64,000 nucleotides of DNA from Macrostomum lignano (Eukaryota): NCBI GenBank assembly GCA_002269645.1, contig NIVC01000094.1, forward strand, positions 1,143,304 through 1,207,303, written 5' to 3'. The stretch's first letter is position 1, and each line of letters starts with the position of its first letter. The notes under the pieces are model-generated. The model was given only the letters and a program-made list of their open reading frames with translations, was not told the origin of the DNA and did not search any database. The translations under genes were made by a program, and so were the position numbers. Positions 1 through 12,505 of the stretch are shown here, in pieces.

Positions 1-1877
1 CTGTCCGCGGCCAGGTGCTTCACGGTCTCCAGGTGGCCCATGTGCACTGCCTCATGGATCGGCAGGTCGCCGATGGAGTTGCCCACCCAGAGGTTCGCAC
101 CGAGCTCGTTGAGCAGCTTCAGCATGATAATGAGATCCTTGGCGGCGGCGCAGTGGGCCGCAGTCCGGCCCTTCTTGTCTTGGTGGTCGATGTCCGCCCC
201 GCACCTGACCAGAGCACGCACGCACTCCTCCTGGTTGAGCGTCACCGCGTAGAACAGCGGCGAGCAGTCGTTCTTGTCGCCGACGTTGATGTCGATGTCA
301 ACAGTGTCTTTTGCCATAAGCTCCACGATGTTGGCGTGGCCTCGGCTGGCCGCGCAGTGCAGCACCGTCAGTCCCGCCTTGTCGCCCAGAGCCGGCTTGG
401 CGCCCTTCTTCAACAGCAGCTCGCAGGCGCGCTTGGCGCCGACGCTGCCGGCCCACATCAGCGGGCTGCGCTTCTCCGCGTCCAGGCAGTCGACGCGGCT
501 GCTCCGGCCGAGCAGCATCTCCAGGATTCGCACCGGCCGGTCGTCGGTCGGCTGCGCGGTGCCGCACACCTGCGCCGCGTAGTGCAGCGGGTAGGCGCCG
601 AAGATGTCCGGCTGCATCACCTTGGCCTTGTGGTCCAGCAGCGCTTTGAGCGAGTCGGCCTGGCTGCAGACCACCGCCCAGTGCACCGAGGAGTGCCGCT
701 CGTTGTCCACGGCGTCGACCTCGGCGCCGCTCTGCAGCAGCAGGTGGATCAGCTTGACGTTGCCAGCGATGGTGGCCAGGTGCAGCGGGCTGTACCCGTC
801 CGCGTCCTTCTTCGTGACGACCTCCGGCCGCTTGGCCAGCAGCAGCTCGGCGCAGGCCGTCTCCTCGCTCTCGGCGCAGTAGTGCAGCGCGTTCTTGCCG
901 CCGTCGTCCACCTCAGCGGGATCGGAGCCGGCGTCAATCAGGCTCTGCGCCGTCTCGAACTCGCCGGCCTGGCAGGCCACCATCAGCGGCGTGGTCGGGT
1001 GGAACTCCTTGCTGGTGTCGGAGGGCGGCGGCTGCGCCCTGGCGTAGACCCGCACCATCTTTTTGAAGGTGCCGTTTGGATGGTCGGCCGCCCGGGCCTC
1101 CACCGACTTGTCTTTGTAGTCGACAATGTCAGGCCGGGCGCCCTTGCGCAGCAGCAACTCGAAGATGTCCGTCCGGTTGACGTACAGCGCGTAGTGCAGC
1201 GCAGTCCGGCGGTATTTGTTGTCCTCCTGCGTGTTGACCTGGACGCCGAACTCAAGCAACTGGTGCACGAACTCGTACGAGGCGATCTGCACCGCGTATA
1301 TCAGCGGGGTGGCGCCGCTGAGGCGCGAGGCGACGTCCAGCGCCTGCCGGCCGTGCGGTTCCGACCTGGCGATGACGTCGAGGCTCTCGGCGCAGCCCAT
1401 CCGGATGGCCAGATGCACAGCCGACTGACCCTCCTCGTCCTGCAGCGCCGGATTGGCGCCCGCGTCTAGCGCGGCCTGCAGCAGCGACACGGGCGTCTGC
1501 GTGAGGATGCACCAGTGCAGCAGGGTCCGGCCCGCGCTGTCCTGGTGGCCGAGGCTGGCGCCCTTCCTGGCCAGCCAGCGCACGCACTGGCAGTAGTCAT
1601 CGATGGGCATCTCCTGGGTCTTGCCGAGGGTGGCCTCGAGCTTCTTGTAGCTCTGGACCAGGATGATCGGCAGCGAGAAGCCGTCGCTGTACACGTGGCC
1701 GAACCGGAAATCAGCTCGATTGTCGTCTACCAGGTACTTGAACCGGTGCAGGTTGCCGGTCTCCAGGAGGCTGCGGGCCTCCTCCATCAGGTCCGGTGGC
1801 GGCAGACTGGGCGTCAAGGTGTGGCTGCTTCCCGACTCGCTGGTGTACTCGGTCACCGGCGTCAGAAGTCTCGACAT
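1..1877 (-). CDS. Ankyrin-repeat protein, inversin-like (5' part, at least 625 codons in one exon, continues beyond left edge)
   Basis: Manual translation from ATG 1877: MSRLLTPVTEY...GRTLLHWCIL...GQSAVHLAIRMG...GATPLIYAVQ...TTPLMVACQAG...GKNALHYCAE...GYSPLHLATIAGNVKLIHLLLQSGAEVDAVDNERHSSVHWAVVC...GAYPLHYAAQVCG...KRSPLMWAGSVG...GLTVLHCAASRGH...GDLPIHEAVHMGH. More than 12 ankyrin motifs and no stop to position 1. The inversin-like label is by resemblance from memory. Confidence 0.92.
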   Translation of the reverse strand, partial: MSRLLTPVTEYTSESGSSHTLTPSLPPPDLMEEARSLLETGNLHRFKYLVDDNRADFRFGHVYSDGFSLPIILVQSYKKLEATLGKTQEMPIDDYCQCVRWLARKGASLGHQDSAGRTLLHWCILTQTPVSLLQAALDAGANPALQDEEGQSAVHLAIRMGCAESLDVIARSEPHGRQALDVASRLSGATPLIYAVQIASYEFVHQLLEFGVQVNTQEDNKYRRTALHYALYVNRTDIFELLLRKGARPDIVDYKDKSVEARAADHPNGTFKKMVRVYARAQPPPSDTSKEFHPTTPLMVACQAGEFETAQSLIDAGSDPAEVDDGGKNALHYCAESEETACAELLLAKRPEVVTKKDADGYSPLHLATIAGNVKLIHLLLQSGAEVDAVDNERHSSVHWAVVCSQADSLKALLDHKAKVMQPDIFGAYPLHYAAQVCGTAQPTDDRPVRILEMLLGRSSRVDCLDAEKRSPLMWAGSVGAKRACELLLKKGAKPALGDKAGLTVLHCAASRGHANIVELMAKDTVDIDINVGDKNDCSPLFYAVTLNQEECVRALVRCGADIDHQDKKGRTAAHCAAAKDLIIMLKLLNELGANLWVGNSIGDLPIHEAVHMGHLETVKHLAAD

Positions 1878-1929
1878 TGCGATGCTCTGTGGCTGTGCGG
1901 TGCTGTTTAAATCTGGAGGGCTGGCTCCG

Positions 1930-1944
1930 GTTGCCAGTGACAAC
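1930..1944. promoter_or_regulatory. RFX X-box-like palindrome GTTGCCAGTGACAAC, 53 bp upstream of the ankyrin gene ATG
   Basis: Fits the relaxed X-box consensus RYYNYY-N(0-3)-RRNRAC with a 3-nt spacer; function untested. Confidence 0.35.
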
Positions 1945-4232
1945 AGATAGGAAGGCTGAGGTGCTGCTTCAATAATTGACCACCGGGGCCTGTTTCAAGA
2001 GGGTAGAGAGAGGCGCACAAGTTTTCTGTAGTTGTAAACGACTGCCTTTCTCCCACTGTGCGTTGTTTTTGAGCTGGGAGGTAAATAATGGATGGGATCA
2101 GGACTGCGGGCTGGCCGGCCTGTGCGCTCGCACCTCCATTGGCCTCGCCTGGGGGGATTTAAAATGCGTAGTTGCCAGCCGCGATGGGGAAGAGACGGAG
2201 GCTGAGAGCGCTGCGCAGATTCTTGAGACGAGAAATGGTGCTTAGTGGTGTCTCTTCCGCTCTCTCCTCTCTCTCTTGGATTCTCTGTGCTCATCTGCCC
2301 TACCGTCGCATTGCGCCAGAGCCTTTCTTAAAGGCTCAAAAAGCGCCCCGGCGACCAGCCAACCCCCTGCCGTCTCCCCCTCTCTGCCCAGCTGCTCAGT
2401 TGCGCCCAGCTGTGTGTCAAAACTCTGCATAGAGAGAGAGAAGCTGGTTTTGACAGCCGCAGAGCTGAGTTCTGATGGCGATGTTGAAAAGGCGTTTGAG
2501 ACGACAAGAGGCTGCGCTGGCGCCTCTACCTCGCACAGGGCGGAGCTGCTGCACACTGCCTCCCCCCTGCACACTCCGCTGGGCTGGGACAGAGAAAGCA
2601 TGAGTAGTTAGAGAGAGAGAGAGAGTAAGGCGAAGTGGCCGCTCTTTGCCGTTACTAGCTGAGTAGCTGCCGTTTTTACTGCCTCACTAATGCTCCAGCG
2701 CCGTGTTCTCTCCCTGTGCACAACTCTCATTTTTGGGCTACTCATCACCGTCTCACTTCTTTTCTCGGCCAATGGTCTCTTAGAATCGGTGTCAAATTAC
2801 CGAATTTTTCCTACTGTATGTACATACAGCTAATATTCGAACTGTCTGCCCTTGGGCAAACTGTGTGAAATGAAATGACTTCAATATCAAACTATCAATA
2901 CTGCCGGCCGGACCGTCTGCGCACTTCTGCTGCACTTTGCCGGCTTGCCGGGCGGCCTCCCCAGCTCAGCCCGACCCGCCTTGGCAACACGGGAAATGGC
3001 GCGGGAAATGGCGCTCTATTTTTGGTGCTCCGGCTCGCACAGCTCAGACTAGCGGCTCACACCAACTTGGTAGTCATGACAACCGATTCTCCAGTGCCTC
3101 CAGCATCCTCCCTCCCGCATCTCCTCCCCGCTTTACAACTAAGAGTTGTAGAGGTGAATCTCAAGGTCTTAAATTTTCTACTTCCAATAGTCTATGGCGC
3201 GACAATGAATAAAAAATTAATTTGCGACATGTTCTCATTAATAAAAATGACTTGCGTGTCAGAATTTTGAGTGCTACTCGTACAGCCAGGGACGGTCATT
3301 TTATTGACTTTAATGACCAGGCAGGAAAATGGCAAATCGGGAAGCCTTGTGCAGTTGGCAGTGTGTTTGCCTCGGTCCCGGGCAAACACTGCAGCTGAGG
3401 TGCTGGGAGGTGTGGCTAATAAAAAGTTCTGCTCATCGTGTGGCTCCACAGGGGCTGCCTTGAGCGATCGGATATGAGATGAGGCACGCCAGCTTCCGGG
3501 AAAGGCAGCTCAACGAAAGACGGGATCCTCGGCTCTGTTTCTCTTCTCTCTTTACTCTGCTCAACTCTACTCGTAGCTACCTCGGGCTTGCTACCTGTCT
3601 CTCCCAGCCTCCTATTCGAGAGGCCTCATCTCGACAGCGCCTCAGCCAGCATCTGCCGGACCTTCGCCTGGCTACATTTTCTCAGCATGCAGCGGCCACT
3701 CAGCGACAGTGGGGGGGGGGTGGGGGTCGGGGGACACGCGAGCTGCGAAATCCTGCCAAGCCCCAGCCAGATCCCCGTCTTCCCATCCTGCATCCCCACC
3801 AACCTCCCTGCCTGCGATCCATCCCGAGAGAAGCTGAAGGAGGCGCTCCCGGAGCTGCGCTTGGGGACGCGAGCGAGAGGGAGGGAGAGAGGATGGAGCG
3901 GGATGACTCGGATGCGGGGGTGGGACACGAGCTGGGAGCGAGAGCAAGAGAAAGGACAGGGGAGTTGAGCGATGGGGCGCCATAGGATGCTGGACTAAAT
4001 CAACCCATCCCCCACCGCCACCGCCGCCCCGTCTTCCCAGGCCCCGCAGCTGCCACCGACGGTGCAGCAGAGCCGAGCTCAGCAGGCAGCAGAGCACACT
4101 CTCTACAGAGCAAATTTATCTTTAAATAAGCGACCGCGAGAAAAGCAGGAAGCCCGAGATACTTTGGAAGGCTCCCCCCACGTCTGAAATTTGACGAAAA
4201 ATTTTTCCCGCATCGACTCGGCCCAGCCAGCC

Positions 4233-5459
4233 ATGTCGTTCGAGATCCCAGCTGGCCTGCCGCAGCTGCTCCAGGACTTCACGGTTGCCGTGCTCCGCTC
4301 CAGGCCCGGCAACCTGGTGACCTTCGCCTCCGCCTACTTCCGCCAGCTCGAGGCCGCGGCTGCCGCCAAGCCGCCCGACGGTGCCGCTGCGACGTCCAGA
4401 ACTGCGGAGGCGGCGTCAGCGAACAACAGCGACGCGGACGACGAGGACGCGGTGGACTCCGCCTGGTCCGGCGTCAGCGGAGCCGGCGGCGGCGGGGGCG
4501 CCGGGGCCCGCCGGGTCAGCGTGGCTGCGCCCTCCTTCGACCCGGAGCTGCACCACGAGGACGAGGGCCAGCGGAAGCTGGTGCCGAAGAGCGATGAGCA
4601 GCGGCGCCGGCTGGCAGAGGCCGTGAAGCACATCCTGCTGTTCCGCAGCCTGGACCGCGCCAGCCTGGGTCACGTGATCGATGCCATGCAGGAGGCGCCG
4701 GTTCCGGCGGGCGAGACGGTCATCCAGCAGCACCAGGATGGCGACAATTTCTACGTGGTCGAGCGCGGAGTTTTCGACGCGTTCGTTGACGACAAAAACG
4801 CTGAGGGCGGGCGGCGACACGTGCTGACATACAATAATGAGGGATCCTTCGGGGAGCTGGCCCTGATGTACTACTGCCCACGGGCCGCCACCATCGTGGC
4901 TAGAACTGACGGCGTGCTGTGGTCGCTGGACATGGAGACCTTCCAGCGTCGGGTGCTGACCGCGGCGTTTCGGCACCGGCAGAAGTACGAGGCCTTCCTG
5001 GCCGCGGTGCCGTTGCTGGCCGAACTGACGCAGTACGAGCGTCAGAACGTCGCCGACGCCATTCGCGAACGGGAGTTCAGCGACGGGGCGCCGATCCTGA
5101 TGCAGGGCGACGTCGGCAACGAGATGTTCTTCATCGAGGAGGGCGGCGTCAAGGTGATGCGGCGCGGTGCCGACAACGGCCTGGAGACGCAGGTGAACCA
5201 GCTGGGCAAGGGCGACTACTTTGGCGAGCTGGCGCTCATCACCAAGCAGCCGCGGGCCGCCAGCTGCTACGCCGTCGGGCCAACGAAGGTCTGCGTGCTG
5301 CACGTGACCGACTTTGAACGGCTGCTGGGCCCCTGCCTGGAGGTGATGCGGCGCAACATTGAGGACTACAGGAGGCAGCTGGGGGACATATTTGGGCACG
5401 AGGACAATGTGCCGCAGCCGAGACTGCAACAGCAGCAACAGCAGCAGGTGGCCCAGTAG
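4233..5459 (+). CDS. PRKAR2: cAMP-dependent protein kinase type II regulatory subunit, intronless, 408 aa
   Basis: RII docking/dimerization domain MSFEIPAGLPQLLQDFTVAVLRSRPGNLVTFASAYF; RII-type phosphorylatable inhibitor site RRVSV; two cNMP-binding cassettes FGELALMYYCPRAAT and FGELALITKQPRAAS. The ATG at 4233 (context GCCATGT) is preferred over the TTG start at 4191. Confidence 0.96.
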   Translation: MSFEIPAGLPQLLQDFTVAVLRSRPGNLVTFASAYFRQLEAAAAAKPPDGAAATSRTAEAASANNSDADDEDAVDSAWSGVSGAGGGGGAGARRVSVAAPSFDPELHHEDEGQRKLVPKSDEQRRRLAEAVKHILLFRSLDRASLGHVIDAMQEAPVPAGETVIQQHQDGDNFYVVERGVFDAFVDDKNAEGGRRHVLTYNNEGSFGELALMYYCPRAATIVARTDGVLWSLDMETFQRRVLTAAFRHRQKYEAFLAAVPLLAELTQYERQNVADAIREREFSDGAPILMQGDVGNEMFFIEEGGVKVMRRGADNGLETQVNQLGKGDYFGELALITKQPRAASCYAVGPTKVCVLHVTDFERLLGPCLEVMRRNIEDYRRQLGDIFGHEDNVPQPRLQQQQQQQVAQ

Positions 5460-5759
5460 GGGAAGCGAGGATCCGTGAACTTGTATTAGAGTAATACGGG
5501 CATGCAAATAATTATGGATTTTAATACAAATGCATGGCCCAATTGGTGAGTTGGGTGCCCGTCTTGTCGAGGCTTCAGGTCAGGTTTGGAAATTCTCTTC
5601 GAAGGGCAGCCTTTGCCATAGAATAACTACGTACAGATCGCGTTCATATGGCCGTTTTCTGATAGACGCCGCACTTTGTTCATTTAGTCCGTTTCTTATT
5701 CATTTAACTGGTAGGAGGAGAGGACAGAGAGAGGAAAAGAGAGGGACAAAGCGGAGGGA

Positions 5760-6260
5760 GAGAAGAGAGAGCAGAATGAGAGAGGAGAGAGCGGAAGAAG
5801 AGAGGAGAGAACGGAGGGAGAGTGTGGAGGGAGAGAGCGGAGGGAGAGAGCGGAGGGAGAGAGCGGAGAGGAGAGAGAGCGGAGGAGAGAGCGGAGGGAG
5901 AGAGCGGAGGGAGAGAGCGGAGGGAGAGAGCGGAGGGAGAGAGCGGAGGGAGAGAGCGGAGGGAGAGAGCGGAGGGAGAGCGGAGGGAGAGAGCGGGGAG
6001 AGAGCGGAGGGAGAGAGCGGAGGGAGAGAGCGGAGGGAGAGAGCGGAGGGAGAGCGGAGGGAGAGAGCGGAGGGAGAGAGCGGAGGGAGAGAGCGGAGGG
6101 AGAGAGCGGAGGGAGAGAGCGGAGGGAGAGAGCGGAGGGAGAGAGCGGAGGGAGAGAGCGGAGGAGAGAGCGGAGGGAGAGAGCGGAGGGAGAGAGCGGA
6201 GGGAGAGAGCGGAGGGAGAGAGCGAGAGAGAGCGGAGGGAGAGAGCGGAGGGAGAGAGCT
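5760..6260. repeat. GA-rich about 13-bp tandem array (GAGAGAGCGGAGG)
   Basis: Direct inspection. Confidence 0.9.
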
Positions 6261-6625
6261 GAGAACAGAGATCTGAATAGCGAGCTGTGTTTTAAATTCA
6301 TATTCCAAATAAATTAAAGTTTTTTGGCCACCCAGCAAGAGGCGTATTGTCATCAGTTTTGACGGTTATATTAATAAAATGCACAAATAAACAACTCTGT
6401 TTTTCCTTACTAATCATTCAATGAATTAATGAATGAACGAAATATTTTTAAGATTACTGAAGGCGAGATTGAAGAGCCAATCAGAAAGCAGCGAGGGAGA
6501 GAGAGAGAATAACAAGACTGAACTGGACAGAGATAGAGAGAAAGCAGAGTAAACAAAGACGAGTGAAGGTGAACTGAGAAATGACTAAGAATTGGCGCGC
6601 TTGCATGTCCCAGCGCTGGTTATTG

Positions 6626-6886
6626 CACCACGGGTACACGTATAGGCCACCACGGGTACACGTATAGGCCACCACGGGTACACGTATAGGCCGCCATGGG
6701 TACACGTATAGGCGCCACGGGTACACGTATAGGCCGCCACGGGTACACGTATAGGCCGCCACGGGTACACGTATAGGCCGCCACGGGTACACGTATAGGC
6801 CACGGGTACACGTATAGGCCGCCACGGGTACACGTATAGGCCGCCACGGGTACACGTATAGGCCGCCACGGGTACACGTATAGGCC
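6626..6886. repeat. 22-bp minisatellite (CACGGGTACACGTATAGGCCGC), about 12 copies
   Basis: Direct inspection. Confidence 0.92.
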
Positions 6887-7064
6887 GAAGCCAGGGACAG
6901 ACTTGCATAGCAGCAACAGGGATGCTTTGGGGCTCTGGAGAGGAGGGAACAGGATGGGGGGGTTGCAGAGTGCGAGACAAGGCGCAACTTAGGGGCTGAG
7001 ATTGGGCAAGCGACCAGCTTTTCTCAAGAACTGGCAGAGGGGAGCGAATCCGAAAGGCGAAAGA

Positions 7065-7545
7065 AGTGTTAGAGGGAGAGTAAGGGAGAAAGCGAGGTAA
7101 GAGAGAGGGAGAGAGGCAGGGAAGAGGGAGAGAGCGGAGGGAGGGAACGGAGGAGAGGGAGAGAGGGAGAGAGCGGAGGGAGAGAGCGGAGGAGAGGGAG
7201 AGAGAGAGAGAGCGGAGGGAGGGAGCGGAGGAGAAGAGGGAGGGAGAGGAGAGGGAGAGGGTAGAGAGCGGAGGAACAGAGTGGAGGGAGAGGGAGAGCG
7301 GAGGGAGAGAGCGGAGGAACAGAGTGGAGGGAGAGGGAGAGAGCGGAGGGAGAGAGCGGAGGAACAGAGTGGAGGGAGAGGGAGAGAGCGGAGGGAGAGA
7401 GCGGAGGAACAGAGTGGAGGGAGAGGGAGAGAGCGGAGGAGAGAGCGGAAAGAGTGGAGGGAGAGGGAGAGCGGAGGAACAGAGTGGAGGGAGAGGGAGA
7501 GAGCGGAGGGAGAGAGCGGAGGAGCAGAGTGGAGGGAGAGAGCAG
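7065..7545. repeat. GA-rich degenerate array related to the 5760-6260 array
   Basis: Shares GAGAGCGGAGG motif. Confidence 0.85.
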
Positions 7546-8155
7546 GTGGAGACATTCACTAGGCTATAAAGACAGGCTTCAAAGACTCAAGTCCAGCGCT
7601 GTAGATCTGTCTGACCAGCCGCCTCAACCGACGCTTCTTGGTGCAGCTCAGGAACTGTCCCAGTAGTAACCAGTCTATTCCCACAAGGCACCTCTCCATT
7701 TCACTCTCCAAGGTAAATTGATTCGAACATCTGGTACAAAAATTTCTCAGCCTGATCAGTTCGCCTCTGACGCACCGCACCTCCTGTCGAAGCCAGGCCA
7801 GTCGAGCCGGAGCAGCAAAGAGGGCCGAGGCCCAGCGAAGCGGAAGGAAGTCCCTCCCCCTCTTGGATCTCAGATCCCAGTTGATGAGGGCGGAATATAT
7901 CTCTCCAAGGCCTCCTGCCCTTCTTCATCAAGCCTGGACAGTTGGCCGAGGCTTCAACTACAAAGGCAAACGCGACAGAGTGCAGAATGAGCTCGATAAC
8001 TCAAAGTGACACCGAGGCGACCTTTTATTCCGTGTGACAGAGCCACTTGGGAAAATTGGCTTTTCTGTGGCGGGCTGGGGCTTTGGGATCGGGAGAAGGC
8101 AAGCTTGGGTGATGCACGACAGAGCAGAGCTGAGTATAGTGCTGATGGGGTGGCG

Positions 8156-9875
8156 TGCAGTATGATCTATCTGCAGTGTGATCTATCTGCAGTGTGATCT
8201 ATCTGCAGTGTGATATATCTGCAGTGTGATATATCTGCAGTGTGATCTATCTGCAGTGTGATCTATCTGCAGTGTGATCTATCTGCAGTGTGATCTATCT
8301 GCAGTGTGATCTATCTGCAGTGTGATCTATCTGCAGTGTGATCTATCTGCAGTGTGATCTATCTGCAGTGTGATCTATCTGCAGTGTGATCTATCTGCAG
8401 TGTGATCTATCTGCAGTGTGATCTATCTGCAGTGTGATCTATCTGCAGTGTGATCTATCTGCAGTGTGATCTATCTGCAGTGTGATCTATCTGCAGTGTG
8501 ATCTATCTGCAGTGTGATCTATCTGCAGTGTGATCTATCTGCAGTATGATCTATCTGCAGTGTGATCTATCTGCAGTGTGATCTATCTGCAGTGTGATAT
8601 ATCTGCAGTGTGATCTATCTGCAGTGTGATCTATCTGCAGTGTGATCTATCTGCAGTGTGATCTATCTGCAGTGTGATCTATCTGCAGTATGATCTATCT
8701 GCAGTGTGATCTATCTGCAGTGTGATCTATCTGCAGTATGATCTATCTGCAGTGTGATCTATCTGCAGTGTGATCTATCTGCAGTGTGATCTATCTGCAG
8801 TGTGATCTATCTGCAGTGTGATCTATCTGCAGTGTGATCTATCTGCAGTGTGATCTATCTGCAGTGTGATCTATCTGCAGTGTGATCTATCTGCAGTGTG
8901 ATCTATCTGCAGTGTGATCTATCTGCAGTGTGATCTATCTGCAGTGTGATCTATCTGCAGTGTGATCTATCTGCAGTGTGATCTATCTGCAGTGTGATCT
9001 ATCTGCAGTGTGATCTATCTGCAGTATGATCTATCTGCAGTGTGATCTATCTGCAGTGTGATCTATCTGCAGTGTGATCTATCTGCAGTGTGATCTATCT
9101 GCAGTGTGATCTATCTGCAGTGTGATCTATCTGCAGTGTGATCTATCTGCAGTGTGATCTATCTGCAGTGTGATCTATCTGCAGTGTGATCTATCTGCAG
9201 TGTGATCTATCTGCAGTGTGATCTATCTGCAGTGTGATCTATCTGCAGTGTGATCTATCTGTAGTGTGATCTACCTGCAGTGTGATCTATCTGCAGTGTG
9301 ATCTATCTGCAGTGTGATCTATCTGCAGTGTGATCTATCTGCAGTGTGATCTATCTGCAGTGTGATCTATCTGCAGTGTGATCTATCTGCAGTGTGATCT
9401 ATCTGCAGTGTGATCTATCTGCAGTGTGTTCTATCTGCAGTGTGATCTATCCGCAGTGTGATCTATCTGCAGTGTGATCTATCTGCAGTGTGATCTATCT
9501 GCAGTATGATCTATCTGCAGTGTGATCTATCTGCAGTGTGATCTATCTGCAGTGTGATCTATCTGCAGTGTGATCTATCTGCAGTGTGATCTATCTGCAG
9601 TGTGATCTATCTGCAGTGTGAACTATCTGCAGTGTGTTCTATCTGCAGTGTGATCTATCTGCAGTGTGATCTATCTGCAGTGTGATCTATCTGCAGTATT
9701 ATCTATCTGCAGTGTGATCTATCTGCAGTGTGATCTATCTGCAGTGTGATCTATCTGCAGTGTGATCTATCTGCAGTGTCATCTATCTGCAGTGTCATCT
9801 ATCCGCAGTGTGATCTATCTGCAGTGTGCTCTATCTGCAGTGTGATCTATCTTCAGTTTGATCTATCTGCACTCT
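8156..9875. repeat. Highly homogeneous 16-bp minisatellite (GTGTGATCTATCTGCA), about 107 copies
   Basis: Direct inspection; very few variant units. Confidence 0.97.
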
Positions 9876-10424
9876 GATCTGATGCACTCAGAGTGATGTA
9901 AACTTGAATAGATATGCAACTTAAGCAAGAGGAAATGTATCTCAGTACGGAATCAAACCTCTTTAAGTTAATATTTGTTTGTCAATATCCGAGATCTAAT
10001 AAGGGTAAGAAAGCTTCAATTTGAAAGGAGCAGTTTCAAACTGGCCTGTTTATGGCCTAAGTAAAAACTTTTTGTTCAAGCTGGATTTTCCTGCCTACTC
10101 TGCCTCGTTTTGACCGACTTTAAGCCGAATGCTCCGTGTGCTCATAAAATCCTCGAAAAAGCATCAAATTTCTTTTTTTCATCGCAGCATAAAATTCTAG
10201 ATTGGAAGCTCCTCTCCGCGAGAAAAACGTCCAATGCGAGCCTGAAATGCCCGACTGACATGCCAGATTCATTTGGGGATGGGGGATTATCGATGCGGTA
10301 ATTTGCAGTTTTGCGGGATTCGCGTGATTGAGTGGCATTCTGAGGGGGACGGAGCTTGGGGCAGAGCAAATGTAAATCTCGGACAGTTCTGGCCAGCTGC
10401 AGACTCAATGATGGATCTCAGATC

Positions 10425-11105
10425 AAGGATTAGCATGGATTGCTAATCTAGCCAAAACCATCCATGATGAAGGATTAGAATGGATTGCTAATCTAGCCAA
10501 AACCATCCATGATGAAGGATTAGAATGGATTGCTAATCTAGCCAAAACCTTCCATGATGAAGGATTAGAATGGATTGCTAATCTAGCCAAAACCTTCCAT
10601 GAAGAAGGAATAGAATGGATTGCTAATCTAACCAAAACCATCCATGATGAAGGAATAGAATGGATTGCTAATCTAACCAAAACCATCCATGATGAAGGAA
10701 TAGAATGGATTGCTAATCTAGCCAGAACCATCCATGATGAAGGATTAGCATGGATTGCTAATCTAGACAAAAATCTATAGAATGGATTGCTAATCTAGAC
10801 AAAAAATAAATGATGAAGGAATAGAATGGATTGCTATCTAGACAAAATCTATGATGAAGGAATAGAATGGATTGCTAATCTAGACAAAAGTCTATGATGA
10901 AGGAATAGAATAGATTGGTAATCTAGACAAAAAATCAATGATGAAGGAATAGAATGGGTTGCTAATCTAGCCAACATCACGGATAGAAGGAATAGAATGG
11001 ATTGCTAATCAGCCAACATCATGGATCATAGGATTGAATGGATTGCTAATCTAGCCAACATCATGGATAGAAGGAAATGAATGGATTGCTAATCTAGTCT
11101 ATCTA
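10425..11105 (+). repeat. About 42-bp minisatellite family, array A (GATGAAGGAATAGAATGGATTGCTAATCTAGCCAACATCATG)
   Basis: Same unit as the arrays at 12930, 13708 and 34088. Confidence 0.92.
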
Positions 11106-11534
11106 GGATGAAGTGAGTCTGTTTAATATATATCTACTGCGACCCTTCCCACGCTCATAAGCACCCTCAGGTGTGTCAAAGGCCTGGTGATTTGCAATAC
11201 CTTTCCATATAAGCCCTGTGCCTTGAGGATGCTCGGATCAAATTTCAGCAGCCGAGCGCTGAGCTGAACAGACTGCACAGACTGCAGCTGTCAATCAGCC
11301 CGGTTTTGCTAATCATGGAGGGGCCGAGAAACTTCAAACGAAAACTTTTTCAAAGACGATGGCGTGTCTCGATCGTTTTTTATAATAAAATATTTGGATA
11401 GATGACAATGACTTAAATTCTAACCAAACTACGCCTTCGAAACCTAATTTCCATACATATCGGTCTCCAACAACTAACCTGTTCCAGACATTGTGCTCCA
11501 GTACTACTGACTAAGTGAACTAACTGGTAATAAT

Positions 11535-12505
11535 ATCATTGATCCCATCACAATCCTGTCATTGATCCTATCACAATCCTGTCATTGATCCCATCACAAT
11601 CTTGTCATTGATCCCATCACAATCCTGTCATTGATCCCATCACAATCTTGTCATTGATCCATCACAATCCTGTCATTGATCCCATCACAATCCTATCATT
11701 GATCCCATCACAATCCTGTCATTGATCCCATCACAATCCTGTCATTGATCTAATCACAATTCTGTCATTGATCCCATCACAATCCTATCATTGATCCATC
11801 ACAATCCTGTCATTGATCCCATCACAATCCTATCATTGATCCCATCACAATCCTATCATTGATCCCATCACAATCCTATCATTGATCCTATCACAATCCT
11901 GTCATTGATCCCATCACAATCCTATCATTGATCCCATCACAATCCTGTCATTGATCCATCACAATCCTGTCATTGATCCCATCACAATCCTATCATTGAT
12001 CCCATCACAATCCTGTCATTGATCCCATCACAATCCTGTCATTGATCCCATCACAATCCTATCATTGATCCATCACAATCCTGTCATTGATCCATCACAA
12101 TCCTGTCATTGATCCATCACAATCCTATCATTGATCCCATCACAATCCTATCATTGATCCCATCACAATCCTATCATTGATCCTATCACAATCCTGTCAT
12201 TGATCCCATCACAATCCTATCATTGATCCATCACAATCCTGTCATTGATCCCATCACAATCCTATCATTGATCCATCACAATCCTGTCATTGATCCCATC
12301 ACAATCCTGTCATTGATCCCATCACAATCCTATCATTGATCCCATCACAATCCTATCATTGATCCCATCACAATCCTGTCATTGATCCCATCACAATCCT
12401 GTCATTGATCCATCACAATCCTATCATTGATCCCATCACAATCCTATCATTGATCCATCACAATCCTATCATTGATCCCATCACAATCCTATCATTGATC
12501 CCATC
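11535..12505. repeat. 22-23-bp minisatellite (ATTGATCCCATCACAATCCTGTC)
   Basis: Direct inspection. Confidence 0.94.

Noticed and set aside
15-1469. 484-aa plus-strand ORF
   Set aside because: Antisense shadow of the GC-rich ankyrin CDS on the minus strand; no recognisable motifs
4233-5459. PKA-RII as a processed retrocopy or pseudogene
   Set aside because: ORF and key residues are intact, no poly-A tail or TSD was seen, and the neighbouring gene also has an exon of at least 1.9 kb, so long exons are normal here
4416-5507. 363-aa minus-strand ORF
   Set aside because: Antisense shadow of PKA-RII
7559-7990. Short ORFs in a GC-balanced unique stretch between arrays
   Set aside because: No recognisable motif or consistent splice phases; could be a decayed element, but this cannot be supported without a search
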